DNA of 64,000 nt from contig UPYK01000004.1 of NCBI GenBank assembly GCA_900538545.1, positions 30,098 to 94,097 of the forward strand, in the 5' to 3' direction. Positions within the stretch are counted from its first letter, which is position 1. Each line of letters opens with the position of its first letter. The notes beneath the pieces are model-generated. The model saw only the letters and a program-made list of their open reading frames with translations. It was not told the origin of the DNA and searched no databases. Positions 10,556 through 20,317 of this stretch are shown in pieces. Source of the DNA: an uncultured Eggerthella sp. (GTDB lineage Bacteria > Actinomycetota > Coriobacteriia > Coriobacteriales > Eggerthellaceae). The translations under genes were made by a program, and so were the position numbers.

Positions 10556-12112
10556 CTACTTCCCTATTGTCTGCGCAAAAAACGAATCGCGGTAATTTGG
10601 CGTTACGAAGTTAGCGTCGAGTCCCTCGCTTAAAGTCTTCACCTTATCGCAAGGTGCAGGGATTTGCTGCATCTCGATCATCTTCACTGGCCCACGCGCA
10701 ATCTCAACCAGCGGTGTTACTGCTCCGACTACCAAACATATTACAAGAATAACTTCAATAGCTTTTGAATGCGCTTTGGCAACCACTGAATCAACAGGTT
10801 TTTTCCGGCGCTCCCTCAGCCACTGGTAGTACGATTGGAGATCCTTATTCAATAAGCGTTTAGTTACCATAACTGCTAGTACCATCAGACCCGGAATCGA
10901 AGCTCGCATCGAAAAATCTGGAGAAGGCCCCATGCGCACCACATTCGCGACCATCAACAAAATAAGCGTACTCCACCAATAGGGGTTTTTTCGCTCACTC
11001 GGTAAAAGCAATAGAAGCAATATACCGCACTCGAGCATAAAGAACACCACAAGCTGTAAAACACGAGTAGGAGTGAAGCCTCCGATGAACGTATGAAAAA
11101 GCAAGGACGATTCTCCCGAATCAGTCAGAGTTGCTCTCTGACTCAGCATCAAGAACAATGCTATGGCGACGAGCGGAATCAGGGCGATCAAGTTCTGCGG
11201 AGAGAAGGCTGCCTTAGCTGTTCTTCGGACACCCTCATCTCTTACTTCACCAACAAGCTTCGCCACTCCAATAAAAAGTAAGCCCATTGTTGGCAGTGGA
11301 CACAAAAATGCACTGAGCGTGCCAACAAAAATATCATTGCTTATCCTTGATGTTGAAAGAACGAGCAACGTAGCTATCCAGGCGGGTATTGCCTGGTTGA
11401 ACACCCAGAACAATTGTGTAGTAAAGCTGCTGAACTGATAGAACCTCGCCCACCATTCTATGTGCACCTTTTCACATAAACGCGTTTCGATAGCTGTAGG
11501 ATTGCCCGTAAGAAGTAACCCGACTATATCCATGCCACTGAAGAAAATGAATATAGCAACAGCTGCAATAATCGCTTTGTGATTAGAGCGCTTGATCAGT
11601 TGCAAGAACAACGTTATTGCAAGAAAAACCCCAAGTGCCACCCAGAACAAAAGCGCAATGTTCGCAACGGTCCATGCAATCTCAAGGCCAAAGTTCATCC
11701 ACAAACACAATTTACCGAACAATGCTGGCAGGAGCCAAAAGCCAAAGTAGTAGCAAAGCGCACTATCATTCCCATACACTACTGGCCAATCGTAGGTTAT
11801 AAGGTCGCGAAAGATCGCATTTCTCGCATTCCAGTCGGAAGACTGATAGAGAAAACCTCCATGGCCTCCTAAAATACACCAGAAAAGAATTGCAACTGCG
11901 ATGCCGACAACCAACGGTATCGAGATATTGATATCGGAAGAACGGAATGCCTCCGTGTTTGTCCTTTTCCAAATGAAGACTAGCCCCACCACAAGCAAAC
12001 CGGCTACCACTAAGAAATAAGGAGCTTTCAACCAGCCAAAAGACCAAATCAATAAAGGCAGCACAAGAAAAGTCAAACCTGCAAAATATGTTTTTCGAAC
12101 AGATAACGTCAT
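10556..12112 (-). CDS. large polytopic membrane protein (GT-C-like or polymerase-like), function unclear
   Basis: 518 aa with at least 12 predicted TM helices. No soluble domain is recognisable. It is embedded in the glycan operon. Confidence 0.4.
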   Translation of the reverse strand: MTLSVRKTYFAGLTFLVLPLLIWSFGWLKAPYFLVVAGLLVVGLVFIWKRTNTEAFRSSDINISIPLVVGIAVAILFWCILGGHGGFLYQSSDWNARNAIFRDLITYDWPVVYGNDSALCYYFGFWLLPALFGKLCLWMNFGLEIAWTVANIALLFWVALGVFLAITLFLQLIKRSNHKAIIAAVAIFIFFSGMDIVGLLLTGNPTAIETRLCEKVHIEWWARFYQFSSFTTQLFWVFNQAIPAWIATLLVLSTSRISNDIFVGTLSAFLCPLPTMGLLFIGVAKLVGEVRDEGVRRTAKAAFSPQNLIALIPLVAIALFLMLSQRATLTDSGESSLLFHTFIGGFTPTRVLQLVVFFMLECGILLLLLLPSERKNPYWWSTLILLMVANVVRMGPSPDFSMRASIPGLMVLAVMVTKRLLNKDLQSYYQWLRERRKKPVDSVVAKAHSKAIEVILVICLVVGAVTPLVEIARGPVKMIEMQQIPAPCDKVKTLSEGLDANFVTPNYRDSFFAQTIGK

Positions 12113-12131
12113 TGCCTTATTGCTCTTCTAC

Positions 12132-13469
12132 CTACTGCTGCCTCTCTTTGGGAACATGCTTCAAGGCTGCCCCTTGCCGATAACTACTATAGAAGATAGC
12201 TGCAAACCAAACAGCAAGAGCAAGCATGCAAAATAAATAGCACCATGACGCACCAGTAATGCCCCATGCCCGCACGCAAGGATTTGCAATGACCAGCGCA
12301 ACTAGAGCAACAGAAACATAGCCCCAAACAAGCTTGCGCTGTTTGCGCATGATAGTGATTCCCATGGTGAACAAGCTTGCCAGTGCTAAGAACCCTCCGC
12401 CTGTCACCAGGATAATGAGCTCGACCAAGAATGGCTGCAAATCCGTCGCGTAAAGCCACTCCAACACAGGAATACCTAAAAAGAACGCAGCGATATCACA
12501 ACCCAGCGTAATCAAAGCCACTATCCCAATCTGCAGACCAAATTCACGAAGAAATGCAGGGCATTCTCCACGCGACCATTTTGCCGAAAGAGGCTCAACT
12601 AGCGGCATATAAACAAATTGGGCAAGTAGGCTCACTATAAAGACCGGCATCGCAATAAAGCCATACTGAGCCTGCGCAATATCATTCATAAGGGAATCAA
12701 TCGCATATTTTGGAGCATTTCCCACGTAGAAAAGAAGGAACGCCGCTAAAAAGAGCGGGAAGCAGTCTTTCAGCAATCGCTTGACCGATGTACTTAAGGC
12801 TTGCTCCTTTCCCCCAAGGACTTTGCCTTCAGCGCGACCAAGTGGAACTCCCGTGTCTTTTACTGGCATTCCGAACAATCGATATATCAATACGAGACCC
12901 ACAATAAGGAACAGTAATGAATAGATAGTGGCTATCGCCAAAGCAGTGATCAAGCTGCCTGATATCAACACGCCTATGCAAAAAACGATGATCGTGGTGC
13001 CGACACGTCCTGTTTGAAGGCGGCCTCCAACATCAAGCCTGCCATGCTGCTGGAAGTTTCCATCGAAAATATCTTCTGCAGTATCGACCATTTTGAAGAG
13101 AGTCATCAAAATAATCGCTGCAATCTTGTCTGCCGAATAGCCGATCGTAAGGGCTGAAAACGCAAGAAAGACAAGAGATCCGACTAGCATTGCAAAGCCC
13201 GTAAAGATGCGGGAACGATAATAGGTCTTGAATGTAAACTGCGGGCGAATATCGGAAGCCTGGAAATTACGCATTCCGTAATTTCCGACGTTTAGAAACA
13301 AATTCGCATTCGCATAAGCGATGGTAAAGATGCCCGCTGTAACTAGATCGCAAACGCGAGTAAGAACCATGAGCATGATAACACTCTGGAAAGCATTAAG
13401 CATACTTCCGGCAGTATTCCAGATGTATGCATTGCGATTTATCTTTTTTGCGTTATACAACGAGACCAA
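12132..13469 (-). CDS. second PST-family membrane protein (flippase-like)
   Basis: 445 aa polytopic protein. The N-terminal block (NAYIWNTAGSMLNAFQSVIMLMVLTRVCDLVTAGIFTIAYANANLF) is typical of lipopolysaccharide/polysaccharide biosynthesis PST proteins. Confidence 0.55.
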   Translation of the reverse strand: MVSLYNAKKINRNAYIWNTAGSMLNAFQSVIMLMVLTRVCDLVTAGIFTIAYANANLFLNVGNYGMRNFQASDIRPQFTFKTYYRSRIFTGFAMLVGSLVFLAFSALTIGYSADKIAAIILMTLFKMVDTAEDIFDGNFQQHGRLDVGGRLQTGRVGTTIIVFCIGVLISGSLITALAIATIYSLLFLIVGLVLIYRLFGMPVKDTGVPLGRAEGKVLGGKEQALSTSVKRLLKDCFPLFLAAFLLFYVGNAPKYAIDSLMNDIAQAQYGFIAMPVFIVSLLAQFVYMPLVEPLSAKWSRGECPAFLREFGLQIGIVALITLGCDIAAFFLGIPVLEWLYATDLQPFLVELIILVTGGGFLALASLFTMGITIMRKQRKLVWGYVSVALVALVIANPCVRAWGITGASWCYLFCMLALAVWFAAIFYSSYRQGAALKHVPKERQQ

Positions 13470-13487
13470 GCTTGAAAAACTGCAATA

Positions 13488-14177
13488 TCAACAGATCTCA
13501 ATATCAAAATAGGACTGAGCAAAGCAATTTTTGCTCTTTCTTTCTCGCACTGTCGGTTTTCCTCCTTGCAGAGTAACCGTGCTATTGTCTGGAAGCGCTG
13601 TATTATACAGGCAAACATTGGCGCCGATCGAGCATCCATTTCCAATAGGCTCTTTGCCGATAATGGAACTACCTGCTGCCATAAACAAGCCTTTGCCGAT
13701 CTTTGGAACCAGTGTTCCTCCCAAATCGTCACCTGTGTTCACTGTAACATTTTGAAAAAAGACAGCAAAATCGCCATAATCGGCATTCCCAATAACAGTA
13801 CCGACTGCATGAGCAAATAGGAAATGTGGCGGCAAGGGGCACTTGTACGATACAAAAGTTCCTGATAAAGCTCTATTCAATATCATCAAACGGCGAGCAA
13901 AGTCTTCATTTTCGGCCGTTTTCCATAGTGAATTCGAGTAAAGATACAAAAACTGCGAATACTGGTCGGAGTGAAGATGCGAGAAAACAGCACCGTTCTC
14001 ATCAGTGTAATTTCGCAATGTTATATGTTGAAAGCATTCTTCGGTACGAAACAGAGCTTCTTCATATGCAATTTCGGTTTTAGAAGCTTCATAGCAGGTA
14101 CTATCATCAGGAAAATAATACTGACATTGACGCTTAACGTATTCCCTTAGACCGTCTGTGGTAAGACTCATTTTCAC
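13488..14177 (-). CDS. hexapeptide-repeat acetyltransferase (serine-acetyltransferase-like), probable sugar O-acetyltransferase
   Basis: The C-terminal half is made of left-handed beta-helix hexapeptide repeats (IGNADYGDFAVF...VNTGDDLGG...IGKEPIGNGCSIGANVCL). ATGA overlap with the upstream gene. Confidence 0.6.
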   Translation of the reverse strand: MKMSLTTDGLREYVKRQCQYYFPDDSTCYEASKTEIAYEEALFRTEECFQHITLRNYTDENGAVFSHLHSDQYSQFLYLYSNSLWKTAENEDFARRLMILNRALSGTFVSYKCPLPPHFLFAHAVGTVIGNADYGDFAVFFQNVTVNTGDDLGGTLVPKIGKGLFMAAGSSIIGKEPIGNGCSIGANVCLYNTALPDNSTVTLQGGKPTVRERKSKNCFAQSYFDIEIC

Positions 14178-15136
14178 TGTATATCACCTATTTCTTTTTC
14201 CCAGTTCAGCCTCTCTTCTTCAATAACAAGAGGCGCAGATCGAGTCCATTCAAAAGTTAAAGCTACATAAGTTCCAACGATGCCGAGCGCCAGCACCGCT
14301 AATGATAGCCCCAAACAAACCAAAGAAGCAGCTAACAAGCCATAGAAAATCGCCGATCCTTGAACTATAGAGAGAACTAGCATCACAATAAACATAACAG
14401 CAAAAAGAACTGCCGAAAATGCTCCCGCAAAAGCAATCATGTAAATAGGCTGGCGAGACACCGTCACAACAGACTCAAGCGCCAGTCCAAAGTATGAGAA
14501 AAAGTTATAGCTTGATTTTCCTGCTGTACGTTCGGGTTTTTTGAAATCAATATACTCGGGCGTATATCCATAGCGCATGAAGGTCAAACGATAATTCGGA
14601 CAGGGGTCTCCGCTTTCCCTCAATCTATCAACTACGCTCTTATCATAAAGCCCAAAACCAGAAACATGCTTATAGCCTTCTGTTCCGCAGAACCCTTCTA
14701 TTAAATCGTAATACCAATTCCTAAAATGCGTTATGATTCCGCGTTCTTCGCTTTCTGGGTTCCGACCTAAAACGATCTTACTGCCGTTTTCCCATCTATC
14801 GATAAACTGAGGAATCAGCTCTGGAGGATCTTGCAGATCGCATGCCATACCTACCACAACATCGCCTTCACACGCAAGAAGCCCATGAGCGCTCGATGGT
14901 CCCGGGCCAAAATTCCCCTGATTGAGAATTACCTTTACCCGCTTATCATTAGCAGCAAGCTTCTTCAATATGTCGCGGCTGTTGTCAGTCGACTTATTAT
15001 CAATGAATACAAACTCATATTCGTACTCAGGCAGAGTTTCCATAACCTTGTTAACACGTCGATAAAGCTCTTCTATATTGCCCTCTTCGTTGTAGCAAGG
15101 CACAGCGACACTGATTGTCTTTGTCTTCAAAATCAT
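14174..15136 (-). CDS. GtrB/ArnC-like polyprenyl-phosphate glycosyltransferase (GT2 with C-terminal TM anchor)
   Basis: ISVAVPCYNEEGNIEELY...FIDNKSTDNS...DLQDPPELIPQF GT2 signature, followed by two C-terminal TM helices. This is the architecture of Und-P-sugar synthases. Confidence 0.8.
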   Translation of the reverse strand: MILKTKTISVAVPCYNEEGNIEELYRRVNKVMETLPEYEYEFVFIDNKSTDNSRDILKKLAANDKRVKVILNQGNFGPGPSSAHGLLACEGDVVVGMACDLQDPPELIPQFIDRWENGSKIVLGRNPESEERGIITHFRNWYYDLIEGFCGTEGYKHVSGFGLYDKSVVDRLRESGDPCPNYRLTFMRYGYTPEYIDFKKPERTAGKSSYNFFSYFGLALESVVTVSRQPIYMIAFAGAFSAVLFAVMFIVMLVLSIVQGSAIFYGLLAASLVCLGLSLAVLALGIVGTYVALTFEWTRSAPLVIEEERLNWEKEIGDIQ

Positions 15137-15221
15137 CTTCTCCTTTGTGCTCGGCTATCTCAAACAGCACGAACCAATTGCAATACATCTGCTTGCGAAC
15201 ATGGCCAATCACAATGAGCCA

Positions 15222-16373
15222 TTATAAGTCATAAAATCCCTTTTGAAGTTTTATTGGGTGTTGCAATGCCTGTACGATTATCGCAGCTGCTTTTTTTGAC
15301 GTATCTCCCAAGCCGTAGGGGTTATCCATCTCTTTTATGCTGCCCTTAAATGCTTGATTGAGAGCCTTGTCCATAGCACGAGAGATCGATCGAGCATCTT
15401 CTGCGCAATCGATTACACTTTTTGTCCTTGTCCTACCTTTTTGGCGCGGTCCAATATTTATGGTTGGAATATAAAATGCTGGCGCTTCAAGAAGCCCACT
15501 CGAAGAATTACCAATAACGAATTCAGCTTGCGCTAGTGCGCTAAGATAGCGAAGCGATCCCAGAGAATCAAAAAGAACGAAATTCTCATTTGAATCAGCA
15601 AACTCCTTGAGCGCATCATTGATCGCGCCACCTCCAGCATCAGCATTTGCTTTAGTTGCAATGAATAGGATATTCTGTCGCTCTTGGATAGCTAACAAAA
15701 GTTGCTGGAGTTTTTCAGTTGGATCTTCATGATCCAGTGTAACCGGATGATAGGTCATAACCGCATAGGGCCGAGAAAGTTCAACACCAAGCGAGTCACT
15801 GAGCTCTGCAACGCTTAACAGAGTGGTGTTTAGAGCGTTTTCAATTCCCACAGCCCCAACATTAAAAACTGTTGAAGGGTCCTCACCAAGCTGAATGACA
15901 CGATTGCGATATTCTTCCGTGCTCGTAAAATGCAAAGAACTGAGCTTGGTTATACAATGTCTTATCGCATCATCGATCGCTCCTTCAGTGACCTCTCCGC
16001 CATGAATATGAAAAATAGGAATACGAGCAAGAAAAGCTGCTTCTGCAACTCCTAGCGTTTCGTAACGATCTCCAAGCAAAAGCAACGCATCAGGTCGTTT
16101 TCTTTCAAAATACTCGCTAAATCCCAGGAGAGCATTGCTCATGGTGCGCGCCTCAGCTTTAGCATCATCTCCTGTTGCAAGTATTGGAATCTCGACATCA
16201 ATCGGCAGCTCGGAGTCTTGGACCTCTCGAATGGTAAGACCGTGCTCTTCTGAAAGATGGGTTCCACTGACAATAACCCTAACTTCGACTCCGGACCTTT
16301 GCAAAGCTTCTCCAAATGGTCGTAAAAGCCCCCATTCTGCTCGCGTTGTAGTTGAGATAGCAATGGAACTCAT
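15222..16373 (-). CDS. neuC: hydrolysing UDP-N-acetylglucosamine 2-epimerase
   Basis: Full-length resemblance to the NeuC/LegG epimerase_2 family (IHGGEVTEGAIDDAIRHCITKLS, GNSSSGLLEAP). Start at the ATG at 16373 (MSSIAIS), overlapping the neuB stop; the longer ORF to 16436 is unlikely. Confidence 0.85.
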   Translation of the reverse strand: MSSIAISTTTRAEWGLLRPFGEALQRSGVEVRVIVSGTHLSEEHGLTIREVQDSELPIDVEIPILATGDDAKAEARTMSNALLGFSEYFERKRPDALLLLGDRYETLGVAEAAFLARIPIFHIHGGEVTEGAIDDAIRHCITKLSSLHFTSTEEYRNRVIQLGEDPSTVFNVGAVGIENALNTTLLSVAELSDSLGVELSRPYAVMTYHPVTLDHEDPTEKLQQLLLAIQERQNILFIATKANADAGGGAINDALKEFADSNENFVLFDSLGSLRYLSALAQAEFVIGNSSSGLLEAPAFYIPTINIGPRQKGRTRTKSVIDCAEDARSISRAMDKALNQAFKGSIKEMDNPYGLGDTSKKAAAIIVQALQHPIKLQKGFYDL

Positions 16374-17386
16374 AGGAATATCTTTTCCTCCGCTTCGTAG
16401 GAATACGGAGCAACCGTACCTATTAGCGTAGGCCATAGCATAGGATCAAGACCATCACCTGGGCGTTTTGTTGTAAGGTTCTCTTCAGTAAACTCTTCTC
16501 CAGCTTGTATATCCCTCTTTGCAACAATGCTTCGTCTTGCAACGCTGCGATTGGCTAACTCCGAATCCGTAACCCTCTTCTCGGCACAACCGAGTGCCTT
16601 TTCGATATGCCTAATCGAAGAAATCATTTCACGGAGCTCATTGGGATCAAGGCTTGCCAAATGGTCAGGCCCCTCCATAGTCTTATCAAGCGTAAAATGT
16701 TTCTCGATAACACGCGCGCCGAGCGCAACTGCAGCTATTGGAACCTCAATACCAGACGTATGATCAGAATAACCAACATCAACACCTAATTCATAGTGTA
16801 GTTCGTTTAGAACAAGAAGATTCACGTCTTCATAAGGCGTTGGATATTGCGTGTTGCAATGAAGAAGTGTTATGGAATCGCCGCCATGTTCTTTGAGAAC
16901 ACCCAATGCGGCCTTGATCTCTGGAAGAGTAGCCATACCGCACGACATGATTATCGGAAGACCATAAGAAGCTGATTGTACTAAGTATGGATAATTATTC
17001 AATTCTCCTGAGGGTATCTTGATAAAAGAAATACCGATATCCTCAACAAGAAATCGCGAACTATCTTCGTCGAATGCGGTTGCTGAAAACTCAATACCTA
17101 TCAAGTCGCAGTAATGCTTGAGCTCAGCAAAATCCTCATAGCTCAATTCGAGCCTTTTTAACATATCCAATTGGCTCTCATCGCCACCAGTTGTCTTTTT
17201 CTGATAATCAGCTTTCTCAGCCTGTCTTGAAACAAGTGCTTCAGATTTAAATGCTTGAAATTTAACTACATCGGCACCGGCTTCTTTGGCAGCCATCGCG
17301 AGCTGTTTCGCCAGACTAAGACTACCGTTGTGATTTACGCCAGCTTCCGCAATCACCAATGTATGGCGAGCATTCGTATCAGCCAT
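16370..17386 (-). CDS. neuB: N-acylneuraminate-9-phosphate / nonulosonic acid synthase
   Basis: VIAEAGVNHNGSLSLAKQL...VKFQ, the NeuB TIM-barrel signature, plus a C-terminal SAF/antifreeze-like domain. Confidence 0.9.
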   Translation of the reverse strand: MADTNARHTLVIAEAGVNHNGSLSLAKQLAMAAKEAGADVVKFQAFKSEALVSRQAEKADYQKKTTGGDESQLDMLKRLELSYEDFAELKHYCDLIGIEFSATAFDEDSSRFLVEDIGISFIKIPSGELNNYPYLVQSASYGLPIIMSCGMATLPEIKAALGVLKEHGGDSITLLHCNTQYPTPYEDVNLLVLNELHYELGVDVGYSDHTSGIEVPIAAVALGARVIEKHFTLDKTMEGPDHLASLDPNELREMISSIRHIEKALGCAEKRVTDSELANRSVARRSIVAKRDIQAGEEFTEENLTTKRPGDGLDPMLWPTLIGTVAPYSYEAEEKIFL

Positions 17387-18008
17387 AAATCCCCACTACC
17401 TTTTGGTTCTCTTTAACATCACCCAAAACAACAGCTCCTGCTCCAACGAGCGCTGAATCGCCGAGTGTCACGCCTTGGATAACAACCGCGTTGGCCCCAA
17501 CAAAAGTGAATTTTCCTGCCTGTACGTTCCCACATAATGTTGCATTGACTGCCACATGGGAAAAATCGCCTAAACAGCAGTCATGCTCGATGACTGCACC
17601 CGAATTAACAATGGTCATAGCACCTATGTTCGTATTTGAATTGACGACCGCAAGCTTGCCGATGAAAGAGCCTTCCTCAATAATCGCATCATTCGCAACA
17701 ACGGCCGATGGATCTATGATAGGGGGAAATGCGAAACCAAGGCTTTTAGCACGGCTAAACAACGTCTCTCTTAATCTTGACTTGCCCAAGTAACCAACAG
17801 TGACCGCAGCGAGCGTGATTCCGCTCTTGAATATCGCATCTAAATCATCATCGGAGCCAATCGTTGTATACTCTTTGTAACTTGTAGTAGGTTCCTGATC
17901 GATAAACCCCGCAATTTCATACTGCCCCATTCGTTCGATAGCGTCGACCACTGAGTGGGCATGTCCCCCGCCGCCAATAAGTACTATCTTTTCTTTTCCT
18001 GTACTCAT
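17379..18008 (-). CDS. NeuD/PglD-family sugar N/O-acetyltransferase
   Basis: N-terminal IVLIGGGGHAHSV Rossmann-like part followed by hexapeptide repeats. Typical size of about 209 aa. Confidence 0.8.
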   Translation of the reverse strand: MSTGKEKIVLIGGGGHAHSVVDAIERMGQYEIAGFIDQEPTTSYKEYTTIGSDDDLDAIFKSGITLAAVTVGYLGKSRLRETLFSRAKSLGFAFPPIIDPSAVVANDAIIEEGSFIGKLAVVNSNTNIGAMTIVNSGAVIEHDCCLGDFSHVAVNATLCGNVQAGKFTFVGANAVVIQGVTLGDSALVGAGAVVLGDVKENQKVVGIYG

Positions 18009-18076
18009 ATTTTTCCTAGTTCAATATTGTGCCTCTATTGCATAAATTAAATAGATTCCTCACGGCTGCTCTACTG

Positions 18077-19249
18077 CTATTGCTGAGAGCTGATCTCTTT
18101 GAGAACTTGCACAACACGATCGATCTCTTTTGCAGTCAAATTCGTACTACAAGGAACATTGACAATTTGTGTGCGATACTTTCTTGCTTGTTCAACGCAA
18201 TACTCTAAAGAACCCGCATATGGTTTTTGATCTGGAATGATACCCCAGATAGGGCGCGATTGGATGTTGTTCGAACTTAGCTGCTCGATAATGTCATCTC
18301 GGGAAAAATCGTCCCCTTCGCAAACAATGCTATAGAACCATTTATTACTCCGGATATCTGGGCGGAATCCTAGAACAGCTAGATTCTCTAGAGGAGCAAT
18401 TTCGTGGACATAGTATTCATGATTCTTGTTTTTGGTCTCAATAAATGATTCCAGCTGTTCAAGCTGCGCGATGCCCAATGCCGCCTGCAAATTGGTCATA
18501 CGGTAGTTATAGCCGATCTCATCATGCTCAAAATATACAACATCGCTTTTCGCTTGCGTAGTAAGATGCCTGGCATGATCAAGAAGTTCTTGATCATCGG
18601 AGACGATCATTCCACCACCCCCCGTGGTGATGATCTTATTCCCATTGAACGAATAAACCCCTATAGTTCCTATCGTTCCTGCATATTTTCCTTCGTATTG
18701 ACCTGTTGTGTAGTACGAACCTAGCGCTTCTGTTGCATCTTCTATTACCTTGATATTGTACCTATCGGCAATCGCCATGATCGCTTCCATATCAGCCATG
18801 TTCCCAAAAACATGCACCACCACCAGCACGCGCACTGGCCGATCAGTTTGATCGTGGATCAGCACTCCATCTGTGAACGTGCATTCTTCTTCGCAGAATC
18901 GCTCAAGCTTAATAGGATCTATACACAAGGAAGAATCGCAATCGAGAAACATCGGTTCAGCATTCATATACCGAATTGGATTTGCTGCAGCGATGAATGT
19001 TAGAGCTGGCACAAGAACTAAATCGTCAGATGTAACGCCAAGGACCATGAGAGCTATATGAAGACCTGCGGTGCCGCTTTGACAAGCGACGGCCCCTTTC
19101 GCATTGACATATTCAGAGATATTCTCTTCAAACTGGCTCACATAAGGTCCTCCAGTCGATACCCATTCAGTTTCAACAGCCGTTGTTACCAGTTCAAGCT
19201 CTCTGCCCTTCAGATTAGGAACTGATAAAGGAATGAAGTCGGTAGTCAT
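18077..19249 (-). CDS. DegT/DnrJ/EryC1/StrS-family PLP-dependent nucleotide-sugar aminotransferase
   Basis: Family-typical sequence throughout, including the conserved lysine region (SFNGNKIITTGGGGMIVS). Confidence 0.85.
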   Translation of the reverse strand: MTTDFIPLSVPNLKGRELELVTTAVETEWVSTGGPYVSQFEENISEYVNAKGAVACQSGTAGLHIALMVLGVTSDDLVLVPALTFIAAANPIRYMNAEPMFLDCDSSLCIDPIKLERFCEEECTFTDGVLIHDQTDRPVRVLVVVHVFGNMADMEAIMAIADRYNIKVIEDATEALGSYYTTGQYEGKYAGTIGTIGVYSFNGNKIITTGGGGMIVSDDQELLDHARHLTTQAKSDVVYFEHDEIGYNYRMTNLQAALGIAQLEQLESFIETKNKNHEYYVHEIAPLENLAVLGFRPDIRSNKWFYSIVCEGDDFSRDDIIEQLSSNNIQSRPIWGIIPDQKPYAGSLEYCVEQARKYRTQIVNVPCSTNLTAKEIDRVVQVLKEISSQQ

Positions 19250-19290
19250 ACTGGTCTCCTTGCGCTCGATTACAAATCGGCAAGCCGTGA

Positions 19291-20280
19291 TTAGATATTG
19301 TAGATGTCTGTTTTGTAGCGATCGATATTGTCCCTAAGAAAGTCAATCGTTTCAGCAAGACCCTGCGTAAAAGAATACTTTGGCTGCCAATCAGTCAGCT
19401 TCAAAATCTTTTCATTTGACCCGAGCAAACGGTTGACCTCGCTTTTTTCAGGACGAAGGCGCTCCTCATCACATACGATGCACGCATTTGGATTAATCTG
19501 CCTGATCAACTCTTCCGCAAGCTCGCCAATGGATATTTCCTGTTGAGTAGCAATGTTGATCTCTTCGCCTATGGTCTTCGGTGATTCGTATATATCGATA
19601 AACCCATTTGCAGTGTCTTTGACGTAATTAAAATCTCTTGTTGGAGTCAATGACCCTAGTTCGATCTCCTCTTTCCCTGCAAGCAATTGCGTGATGATCG
19701 TTGGAATAACAGCACGTGCCGACTGTCTTGGACCATAAGTGTTGAACGGTCGAACAATGGTCACAGGCAGATCAAAGGAACGGTAAAACGATTCAGCCAA
19801 TCTATCTGCACCGATCTTGGTCGCAGAATAAGGCGATTGCCCCTGGTAAGGATGATTCTCATCAATAGGGACGTATTGTGCTGTTCCATATACTTCCGAA
19901 GTTGACGTTACTAACACTCTGTCTAAATCAAGCTTTCTTGCTGCTTGAAGGACATTCAAAGTGCCTTTGATATTCGTGTCCACGTATGTATCTGGAGAAT
20001 GGTAACTAAACGGAATCGCAATAAGAGCCGCAAGATGGAAAACCGCATCGCAGCCCTTCATCGCCTCCAAAACGCCATTAGGGTCACGCACGTCACCAGC
20101 AAAGACTTCCACATGCTCCATAATGTCGTTTGGCAGATCCTCAAGCCATCCCCAATTATTGAACGAGTTATACAGAATGAAAGCTCTGACATCATAACCA
20201 CGCTTGACTAGCTCTTCAGTCAAATGGCTTCCGATAAATCCTTCTGCTCCTGTAACAAGAATCTTTTTTGGCATGTTCAT
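19291..20280 (-). CDS. NAD-dependent nucleotide-sugar 4,6-dehydratase/epimerase (extended SDR)
   Basis: ILVTGAEGFIGSHL, TSTSEVYG, YSATK motifs. Sits immediately upstream of the aminotransferase, as in LegB/PseB-like or CDP-sugar dehydratase arrangements. Confidence 0.8.
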   Translation of the reverse strand: MNMPKKILVTGAEGFIGSHLTEELVKRGYDVRAFILYNSFNNWGWLEDLPNDIMEHVEVFAGDVRDPNGVLEAMKGCDAVFHLAALIAIPFSYHSPDTYVDTNIKGTLNVLQAARKLDLDRVLVTSTSEVYGTAQYVPIDENHPYQGQSPYSATKIGADRLAESFYRSFDLPVTIVRPFNTYGPRQSARAVIPTIITQLLAGKEEIELGSLTPTRDFNYVKDTANGFIDIYESPKTIGEEINIATQQEISIGELAEELIRQINPNACIVCDEERLRPEKSEVNRLLGSNEKILKLTDWQPKYSFTQGLAETIDFLRDNIDRYKTDIYNI

Positions 20281-20317
20281 CTCCTTGCTCTACTTCATTG
20301 AGTCGAAAATATTTGCT

